IMG/VR virus record: IMGVR_UViG_3300030397_000677
Span: 1 to 36,441 of that record
Length of the DNA stretch: 36,441 nt
Origin: a virus
Taxonomy: Duplodnaviria; Caudoviricetes
Direction: 5' to 3' (one strand)
The stretch's first letter is position 1; each line of letters begins with the position of its first letter. The notes under the pieces were generated by a model. The model saw only the letters and a program-made list of their open reading frames with translations, did not search any database and was not told the origin of the DNA. Below are positions 27,942 through 34,789 of the stretch, one piece after another. A program made the position numbers and the translations under genes.

Positions 27942-28484
27942 ATGGGAATCAAATTAGTAGAAAAAAACGAAGCTGTTAAACAGGAATTCGCCGAGCCGGA
28001 TTTTGAAATCGACGATTCAAGCAATCAATTTGCTTTTGCTTACGAAGCCATCGAAATCGGCGAAAAGTTAATTGAAAAGTTTCACTCGCATCTTGTCGGC
28101 GAAAGGGTTGAATTTGTTTTTACAAGCAAAACTCCGACATCCGGCGGACGTGAAAAATGGGGAAGTGCAAGCAAACTCGGCGGGTTGAATGCTTGGCTTT
28201 GTGACGATGAGCGTCAAAATGAAGTTTTTCCAAAACCATTTTTTATTATTAAATTAAGTTGGCAGATTTGGAAACAACTTGAGTCGGAGCAAAAAATTGC
28301 ATTGGTTGACCATTATCTAGCACATTGCAATTTTAACGAAAAGGGAAATCCGGTTTTGCTTTTGCCGGATTGCAAGGAATTTAATCAAATAATGGAACGA
28401 CACGGAGCTTGGAACGAAAATATAATTCGGTTGTTAAAAGCTGAAAAGCAATCGAAATCGACTCCGTTGTTTGATGATCAATAA
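27942..28484 (+). CDS. Putative phage metallopeptidase-family protein with HYxxH in place of HExxH
   Basis: LIEKFHSHL, FIIKLSWQIW..L...QKIALVDHYLAH and DCKEFNQIMERHGAW match the family pattern. Confidence 0.75.
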   Translation: MGIKLVEKNEAVKQEFAEPDFEIDDSSNQFAFAYEAIEIGEKLIEKFHSHLVGERVEFVFTSKTPTSGGREKWGSASKLGGLNAWLCDDERQNEVFPKPFFIIKLSWQIWKQLESEQKIALVDHYLAHCNFNEKGNPVLLLPDCKEFNQIMERHGAWNENIIRLLKAEKQSKSTPLFDDQ

Positions 28485-28523
28485 TTTTTTATGTCCCGGT
28501 AAGAAAAAAAGAGGAATTAAAAT

Positions 28524-28811
28524 ATGTATTTTGAGGGAAATGTTAAATGTTCTTTGTGTAGCTATGAAACCAAGTTGCTTGCTACCAATCCGAGCGAATG
28601 GCGTGCTTTGAAAATTAACAATAAGATTTTCTATTTGTGCCTTTCGTGCCAACCAACTATAAACCCAACGGTCAAAGATTGGGAAAACTTTTATTTTGGA
28701 GCTGTAAAAAAACTTCAAAAAGAAAACAAAATTCCTATCCCTTTTAAGAAATTCGCTGTTTTGCGGGATTTGGGAAACCGTGCCGAAATAATCGCCAAAT
28801 TTAACAATTAA
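28524..28811 (+). CDS. Zinc-binding hypothetical protein
   Basis: CSLC...CLSC; GAGG upstream. Confidence 0.6.
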   Translation: MYFEGNVKCSLCSYETKLLATNPSEWRALKINNKIFYLCLSCQPTINPTVKDWENFYFGAVKKLQKENKIPIPFKKFAVLRDLGNRAEIIAKFNN

Positions 28812-28853
28812 GTTTTTTTAGTTTTAAGGACCTACACTTAAAAAAAATAAATT

Positions 28854-29378
28854 ATGAACAAAGAAAAAGTAACTTTTGTCGATGATTTGGGAAATAAAGA
28901 AGAGCAGTATGTCGAAGCGGATATCTACGAACAAAGCCAAATCAAAGAACGCCGGATAACTTTAACTTTGCCGCGTTCGGTTAGTTTTGAATTTATGCAA
29001 ACGGAAACAAATCGGGAATCCGAAGAGCTGGCGTTGGTAGAAAGTAAGGAAATAATTAAAGAAGTTGATAAAGAATTTCGCTTCAAAGTTGGCGACGTTG
29101 TTTTTGATTCGCCGGATTTAGTTAATCCCTTTGATTATCTTAGGTTATATGAAAACCAACTTAAACAGGATCAAAAAGAAAAAAAGATGCGTTTATTCAG
29201 CAAGGCGTTTTTTACATTCTTTTTTTCTTTCAGTTCTGCATTTGTATTTTTCGTTTATTATTTTTTTGGCTCTTCAGCTGAGTTTTTTATTTATTTTCCG
29301 ATTTTCTTTAGTTGTGTGATTTTTAGCTGTTTGTTTTATTTAAGTTATTGGTTGGAAACAAAATCCGGCGATATTTGA
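28854..29378 (+). CDS. Membrane protein with two C-terminal Phe-rich TM segments
   Basis: Acidic N-terminus and very hydrophobic C-terminus; followed by a terminator. Confidence 0.65.
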   Translation: MNKEKVTFVDDLGNKEEQYVEADIYEQSQIKERRITLTLPRSVSFEFMQTETNRESEELALVESKEIIKEVDKEFRFKVGDVVFDSPDLVNPFDYLRLYENQLKQDQKEKKMRLFSKAFFTFFFSFSSAFVFFVYYFFGSSAEFFIYFPIFFSCVIFSCLFYLSYWLETKSGDI

Positions 29379-29404
29379 TTGACGGCATAAGTTAAATTTA
29401 ATTT

Positions 29405-29443
29405 AATGGGATTGTAGTTAGCGACTGCAATCCCATTTTTTTT
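29405..29443 (+). terminator. Intrinsic terminator ending the early rightward unit
   Basis: AATGGGATTGTAGT-TAGCG-ACTGCAATCCCATT 14-bp stem (one G-U pair) running into T8. Confidence 0.8.
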
Positions 29444-29478
29444 AGATAGAGATCGTATCTAAAAAAAATAAATCTTTT

Positions 29479-30123
29479 ATGAAAAAAGAAACTAAAAAAC
29501 TAAGTGCTGATTCTCGGACGGTTTTAAGGTATTTAATTAAAAACGAAAAAAAGAAAATCACACGCAAGAAAATCAGCAAAGAGTTTGGTCTTGGAAAACA
29601 CAAGATGCGTCGAATCACTTCGGAGCTTCGGTCGTTGGGTATTTTGCACTACAAACCAAAGCACAAAGCAAACGGTCGCTTTGCCGGATGGCTTTGGAAA
29701 ATAAACAAAGAGAAATTAAAAGAATTGAAAGTAGATTCTTTTTTCGTGCCGGTAGCAAAAAAAAATGACCGGAAGTTAATCGGGCAAATCGCCATTAACC
29801 AAATCCAAGCAATGTCGGCACAAATTGAAGATGCAAACATTCAAAAAATTCTCTCGATCGCAGAAAAAAAAATTCATATTGAAACCCAAACGACCGTCGA
29901 TGAAAAAACAAAAATAATTCGCGATTGTGTTGAAAATCTTTGCTCGCATACTTACGACGAAATCGCAGAGGATTCCGGTTTGCCGGATTCCGTCGTTCGT
30001 TCTCGTGTTAAAGTTTTGGTTGATGCCGACATTTTTTATGTTAAAGAAAGATTGGTCGCAAAATCACAAAATACCGGACACTTAATTTATTCAAATGAAA
30101 AGCAATGTAATTGCATTAGCTAA
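29479..30123 (+). CDS. Double winged-HTH DNA-binding protein (possible late regulator)
   Basis: ITRKKISKEFGLGKHKMRRITSELRSLG and TYDEIAEDSGLPDSVVRSRVKVLVDAD HTH-like segments. Confidence 0.65.
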   Translation: MKKETKKLSADSRTVLRYLIKNEKKKITRKKISKEFGLGKHKMRRITSELRSLGILHYKPKHKANGRFAGWLWKINKEKLKELKVDSFFVPVAKKNDRKLIGQIAINQIQAMSAQIEDANIQKILSIAEKKIHIETQTTVDEKTKIIRDCVENLCSHTYDEIAEDSGLPDSVVRSRVKVLVDADIFYVKERLVAKSQNTGHLIYSNEKQCNCIS

Positions 30124-30170
30124 AATTTTTCTTTAGGATTTATTTATTACTTTTACGGAGCTTAAACTTT

Positions 30171-30389
30171 ATGAAAAAAATCAAAATAGAAATCAATGCA
30201 ACACTTTCCGACGACGATATTTCTAAAGTTTTAGAAATATTTAAGACGGCTGATATTCGTTCAAATGTTATTCTTGAAACTGCTTCGATTGAAATAAAGT
30301 CAGAGGATAAGGATTTTAAGAGTTCTAAAACTTTTGAATTTGAATATAAAAATAACAAATTGGAAAAGGAAAAAATCATTGAATTGTAA
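30171..30389 (+). CDS. Hypothetical protein
   Basis: 72 aa, abuts the next ATG. Confidence 0.55.
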   Translation: MKKIKIEINATLSDDDISKVLEIFKTADIRSNVILETASIEIKSEDKDFKSSKTFEFEYKNNKLEKEKIIEL

Positions 30390-30950
30390 ATGAAAAATAA
30401 AAGTCAAAAACAAATTTCTAATAAAAATAAGTTTGCCGATAATCCAAGAAAAATCTCTAAAGAACAAAAGAAATTATTAAAAGAACACTTGGAAGAGCTT
30501 GGCGATTTATCCGGCGTTGTATATTGCCGGAAAAATAAAGCATACGTCGGCGGGAATCAAAGAAGCGATGTGCTTGACGGTTCTGAAATTATTATTGCGG
30601 AAGAGTATGAAAAACCAACCAAAGCCGGAACGGTCGCAGTCGGTGAAATTATTTACAAAAGCGAAAGATACTCTTATCGCGAAGTCGAATTTTCAAAAAA
30701 ACAATTTGATAAAGCGTGTATCGTTGCAAACTCGGACGGCGGAGTGTTTGATTGGAATGCTTTAAGTTCCGGCACTTGGACGACCAAGCCTTTCGACGAT
30801 TGGGGATTAAAATTTCCGCAAGGTTTCCGGAGATCTGCAAAAAAAGAATCTAAGGAAACCGAAACGGGCGAAGCCGAAAGAAAAGAGCTGTTAAAAAAAT
30901 ACGGCGTTGAGCTTGGTCAACTTTGGCAACTTGGCGACCATCGGCTTTAA
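30390..30950 (+). CDS. ParB/Srx-like domain protein (N-terminal part of an interrupted ParB-methyltransferase fusion)
   Basis: DNPRKIS and VGGNQR motifs; ends GQLWQLGDHRL, the usual lead-in to the methyltransferase domain. Confidence 0.75.
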   Translation: MKNKSQKQISNKNKFADNPRKISKEQKKLLKEHLEELGDLSGVVYCRKNKAYVGGNQRSDVLDGSEIIIAEEYEKPTKAGTVAVGEIIYKSERYSYREVEFSKKQFDKACIVANSDGGVFDWNALSSGTWTTKPFDDWGLKFPQGFRRSAKKESKETETGEAERKELLKKYGVELGQLWQLGDHRL

Positions 30951-31634
30951 TGCGGAAACTCAAGTGACAAAAAAGATGTTGCGAGCTTGATTGGCGAGAA
31001 CGAAATGGATTTAGTTTTTACCGATCCGCCGTATAATGCTTTGAGGTCCTGGAATGCAAAACCCGCCAAAAAATACACACGGTTAAACAAGCGGGATTGG
31101 TTTGATAACGACAATATGAGTTGGAAAGATTTTGAAATTTTCTTGACTGAAGTATTTGAAAACTTTAACTCGCATTCGATTTATGTGTGTTGCGACTTTA
31201 GGATTTACGATTTAGTTAAACTTTGCATCGAGAAGCAAAAATATAAAATTCGACATTGCATCGTTTGGAAAAAGAATGTTTGGGGATTGGGCAAGCGTTA
31301 TCGTTTTCAACACGAATTTATTATTTATGCAACAAAGGGAAACGCACCTTTTTTCGGCGATAAATCACAGAGCGACGTTTGGGAAATTGATGTCGACCGA
31401 AAGACCAACCATAAAACGCCAAAACCTTCCGAACTTCCAAGACGTGCCATAATTAACTCATCAAAATTAAACGATAATGTTATCGACTTTTTTACCGGAG
31501 CCGGATCGACGCTTATTGCTTGCGAGCAGGAAAAGCGTCGTTTTTTCGGCTTGGAACTTTCGCCGGAATCGGTCGCCGTAACTTTGGAAAGGTTTTACAA
31601 ATTTACAAATAAAAAACCGAAATTGATAAATTGA
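30951..31634 (+). CDS. Beta-class N6-adenine/N4-cytosine DNA methyltransferase domain, in frame after a single TAA
   Basis: CGNSSDKKDVASL, DLVFTDPPY (motif IV), IVWKK, HEFIIY, HKTPKP, DFFTGAGSTLIAC (motif I) and GLELSP. Possible independent TTG start at 30987. Confidence 0.85.
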   Translation, partial: CGNSSDKKDVASLIGENEMDLVFTDPPYNALRSWNAKPAKKYTRLNKRDWFDNDNMSWKDFEIFLTEVFENFNSHSIYVCCDFRIYDLVKLCIEKQKYKIRHCIVWKKNVWGLGKRYRFQHEFIIYATKGNAPFFGDKSQSDVWEIDVDRKTNHKTPKPSELPRRAIINSSKLNDNVIDFFTGAGSTLIACEQEKRRFFGLELSPESVAVTLERFYKFTNKKPKLIN

Positions 31635-31638
31635 TTTT

Positions 31639-32226
31639 ATGAAAAAATTAAGCTCAAAAAATAAATATAAAGATAATCCGAGAATAATTACCGAAAAAGA
31701 GCAAAAACTTTTAAAAAAGCATCTTAAAGAATTCGGCGATTTATCTGGGATTGTTTATTGCGTTAATAACAAAGCATTTGTCGGCGGAAATCAACGTAGC
31801 GACGCTTTGGACGGTTTGGAAATTAACATTCGGGAAAGGTTTGAAAAACCAACCAAATCAAAGACCGTTGCTTATGGCGATATCGTTGGAAAAAACGGCG
31901 AGTTGTATGCTTATCGTGAAGTAAAATTCACCAAGCAACAATTTAAAAAGGCTTGCATAGTTGCCAACTCAAACGGCGGAGCTTTTGATTGGGCAAAACT
32001 AACGACGGATGTTTGGAATAAAGAAAACCTAAAAGGCTGGGGTGTGAATTTTCCCGCCGGATTTGAAAACTTCGGAAAGAAGCAAAAAAAGAAAGTTGAA
32101 TTTGAAGCTAATTCAAAAGGTGAAAAATTATTTTTTCTCAATATCCAATGCGACGATGAAAATCAATGCAAGGAACTTTACAATCAATTTATAGAAAAAG
32201 GATTTAACTGCAAAATAGTTACTTAA
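31639..32226 (+). CDS. Second ParB/Srx-like protein, paralogue of 30390
   Basis: DNPRIIT, GDLSGIVYC, VGGNQRSD and KACIVANS shared with 30390; short C-terminal IQCDDENQCKELYNQFIEKGFNCKI domain. Confidence 0.75.
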   Translation: MKKLSSKNKYKDNPRIITEKEQKLLKKHLKEFGDLSGIVYCVNNKAFVGGNQRSDALDGLEINIRERFEKPTKSKTVAYGDIVGKNGELYAYREVKFTKQQFKKACIVANSNGGAFDWAKLTTDVWNKENLKGWGVNFPAGFENFGKKQKKKVEFEANSKGEKLFFLNIQCDDENQCKELYNQFIEKGFNCKIVT

Positions 32227-32230
32227 AATT

Positions 32231-32527
32231 ATGAGTGAAATATACGACGATTTAATGCAAATAATAACTGAAGCCGAGCAATCTTCGCCAAGAATTCCAA
32301 ATAGTGAAATAAAGGTAAATGACGGAATTTATATTTTGCCGTGCAATGAGAAAAAAGAATTGGTTGGTCTTGATTATGAAGTCTTAAATTTTCATTTACA
32401 GAAACAAGGCTTAACAGTTATAAAAACTGAGTTTTTGCAAGTTGAAAATTACGGCGATTGTTATGTGATGCCAAAACCAAAAGTTAATTTATTTGATCAA
32501 AAATTTCGATGGGGCTGGAAATGGTAA
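32231..32527 (+). CDS. Hypothetical protein
   Basis: 98 aa, between the ParB-like and ATPase genes. Confidence 0.55.
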   Translation: MSEIYDDLMQIITEAEQSSPRIPNSEIKVNDGIYILPCNEKKELVGLDYEVLNFHLQKQGLTVIKTEFLQVENYGDCYVMPKPKVNLFDQKFRWGWKW

Positions 32528-33249
32528 AGAAAATTCCAAAAAATGTAAAAGTAAAACTTGAATCCGAAATAATCGACGATTATTACACAAAGCGAGCTTG
32601 TGACTCACAAGATTTAGATATCAAGAAAAAATCACGGCATATTTTAGAAGTGCAAAACATTGCTCCGGAATCTGATTGGAGCATCGGTGTTATTTTTGGT
32701 TCATCAGGAAGCGGAAAAACTTCACTAGCAAAAAAATTGTTTGGTGCAAATTGTTTTCAAACAGCTTTGAATTTGGAAAAACCGATAATCTCACAATTTG
32801 GCGATTCAATGAATTTTGAAGATCGTGCAAAATTATTAAATGGCATCGGATTAAATTCCGTTCCGTGTTGGGTTCGCCAAGCCAAAACTTTATCGAATGG
32901 GCAAAGGGCAAGAGCGGAAGCATCATTATTGATTTCCGACCAATCTAAAAATTTAGTTTGTATCGACGAATGGACTTCCGTTGTTGACCGGCCGGTTGCT
33001 AAGGTGATGAGCCATTGTTTGCAAAAATTTGCAAGGAAACAAAAAAAGAAAATTATTTTAGTTACTTGCCATCGGGACGTTATCGAATGGCTCAAAGCTG
33101 ATTGGATGATTGATTGCAATACTGAAAAGTTTATAAACCGAAGTGAATTAAAACAAGGTTTTTTTTTGAGCCAAAAACAGAACTTAAATTCGACATCCGA
33201 AGGATCGACCGAGAAAGTTGGAAGTATTTTAGCAAGTATCATTATTTGA
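32521..33249 (+). CDS. Soluble ABC-type ATPase (N-terminal part of ATPase-GNAT)
   Basis: Walker A GSSGSGKT, signature LSNGQ, Walker B VCIDEW, H-loop VTCH; no TM partner. Start is ATG 32509 or 32521. Confidence 0.85.
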   Translation: MVKKIPKNVKVKLESEIIDDYYTKRACDSQDLDIKKKSRHILEVQNIAPESDWSIGVIFGSSGSGKTSLAKKLFGANCFQTALNLEKPIISQFGDSMNFEDRAKLLNGIGLNSVPCWVRQAKTLSNGQRARAEASLLISDQSKNLVCIDEWTSVVDRPVAKVMSHCLQKFARKQKKKIILVTCHRDVIEWLKADWMIDCNTEKFINRSELKQGFFLSQKQNLNSTSEGSTEKVGSILASIII

Positions 33250-33689
33250 GCGACCAAATGCCAGGCGGGAATTTATTTTGTTACGGACTTTTTCACGGCG
33301 ACGATCAAATTGGTTTTCAATGTTTCGCAAATTATGTTCCTCGTGAGCGTGATAAACGAATGATTTACCATTCTAATCGGACGGTTATTCATCCGGACTT
33401 TCAAGGCTTCGGTCTTGGGATTAAATTTGTAAATGCTTGCACGAAACATTTTGTTGATAAATTTGGCTATGAAATAAGAGCAAAGGGTTCACACTCCGCA
33501 ATGTTTTACTCAAGAATAAATGATGAAAATTGGGAATTGTTAAGGGTTCGGCGAACGTTTGGCTCAATTAAAAAAAATCACGATTTCGGAGCTCTCAATC
33601 GGCGAACGGCTTATCGGGAATACGGAATAAAAACTTATCATTTTCGTTATGTCGGACACGATAAAAAACTGTTTAACATTAAACATTAA
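33168..33689 (+). CDS. GNAT (Mom-like) acyltransferase domain, in the -1 frame from the ATPase
   Basis: The frame is open from the T9 run: EPKTELKFDIRRIDRESWKYFSKYHYLS...; acyl-CoA motif A RTVIHPDFQGFGLG. Confidence 0.8.
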   Translation, partial: EPKTELKFDIRRIDRESWKYFSKYHYLSDQMPGGNLFCYGLFHGDDQIGFQCFANYVPRERDKRMIYHSNRTVIHPDFQGFGLGIKFVNACTKHFVDKFGYEIRAKGSHSAMFYSRINDENWELLRVRRTFGSIKKNHDFGALNRRTAYREYGIKTYHFRYVGHDKKLFNIKH

Positions 33690-34404
33690 AAGGGAATATT
33701 TTTTAGAAATTCTCGAGGGAAAAAAAACCGAAGAATTTCGCAAAGTTTCAAAACATTATAAATCCCGAATTGATGGGAAAGACATTGAAACTCTTTTGCT
33801 AAAAAATGGATATTCAAAAAATGCCGATTGGCTTTTGGTTAATGTTGAAAAAATTTACAAGCGTCGCCGGAAAGTTAAACTATACGGCGACAAACCGACT
33901 CTTGTTTATGTGATCAAATTGGGCGATGTGATAGATAGTTTTGTCGCTGATAATGATTCAACGGAAGAGCAAGGAAAGAATTACGGCAGAGGGCAACATC
34001 CAAATTCACGAAAAAACTTGATTCTCGGTGCTTGGCAAGAAGGCGAATCCGGCAATCCGGACGGAAAAAAAAAGGGAACTAAAGACCGTGCAAAAGTGTT
34101 AAATTCTTTCTTGCATTTGAAAGTTAAAGTTCCAAATCCGCTCGATGCAAACGGCGATAAAACTTTCGTCGATTTGCCGGAAATAATCGAGATGACTGTT
34201 TATGAACAAACTGCAATGGCTTTAATCGGCAGAGCTTTATCCGGTGATGTAAGGGCATTCAAAGAAATCCAAGATACATTACACGGCAAACATATAAACC
34301 GTCGCTCGCAGTTAATTGATGAAAATGAAGATAAGTCGTCCGAATTAGACGAAGCTTATATCGACGATTTAGAAAGAATTTACGGCAAAGACAAAGAGGA
34401 TTAA
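33649..34404 (+). CDS. ASCH domain fused to a terminase small subunit-like (DUF5681-type) region
   Basis: N-terminal LTLNIKREYFLEILEGKKTEEFR (GxKxxExR); then HPNSRKNL..WQEGESGNPDGKKKG and ALSGDVRAFKEIQDTLHGK; lies upstream of terL. Confidence 0.75.
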   Translation: MSDTIKNCLTLNIKREYFLEILEGKKTEEFRKVSKHYKSRIDGKDIETLLLKNGYSKNADWLLVNVEKIYKRRRKVKLYGDKPTLVYVIKLGDVIDSFVADNDSTEEQGKNYGRGQHPNSRKNLILGAWQEGESGNPDGKKKGTKDRAKVLNSFLHLKVKVPNPLDANGDKTFVDLPEIIEMTVYEQTAMALIGRALSGDVRAFKEIQDTLHGKHINRRSQLIDENEDKSSELDEAYIDDLERIYGKDKED

Positions 34405-34408
34405 ATTT

Positions 34409-34789
34409 ATGGCTACAAACGGAATTGTTTCTTTTACAGAAAATGGAGATGTTAAAACAAAAATTATTGTTGGTTGTGACGGTTATAATGCTGAACAATT
34501 TGCAATCGCATCTCTTCACAAAAAATTTGAAAAACTTTCTGATTATTATGATTTTGCACTTGCTAACGATTTTGGATGTCGTGGGTGTTTAGTTGTAATG
34601 AATTCAGAAGAGCATATATTTATCGGCGACGGCGAAATAATTCCTGATTTATATTATGCGACTTTTAATGTTTGGTTTGTAAATCCGAGATGGACAAAAG
34701 GCATCGCAAGCAATGTTATTAAAATCAACCAAACAAGAAAAAGAATCTATCGTTTTAATTTTGATATTCAAAAAGTAAAAATTGACTAA
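34409..34789 (+). CDS. Hypothetical protein between terS and terL
   Basis: 126 aa, contains GCDGYNA and FGCRGCL; stop abuts the terL ATG. Confidence 0.65.
   Translation: MATNGIVSFTENGDVKTKIIVGCDGYNAEQFAIASLHKKFEKLSDYYDFALANDFGCRGCLVVMNSEEHIFIGDGEIIPDLYYATFNVWFVNPRWTKGIASNVIKINQTRKRIYRFNFDIQKVKID

Noticed and set aside
30948-30950. Genome-wide stop-codon reassignment (TAA as sense)
   Set aside because: TAA ends most genes at sensible positions and core genes are intact in the standard code; only this locus is interrupted.
30390-32226. Plasmid partition (parABS) system
   Set aside because: No ParA was recognised, no obvious HTH follows the ParB-like domain, and the context is modification enzymes.
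33190-33208. Hairpin TCGACATCC-GAA-GGATCGA as a frameshift stimulator
   Set aside because: It is weak, bulged and about 22 nt from the T run, farther than typical stimulators.
32521-33249. ABC transporter
   Set aside because: No permease gene is adjacent and the ATPase is linked to a GNAT domain.
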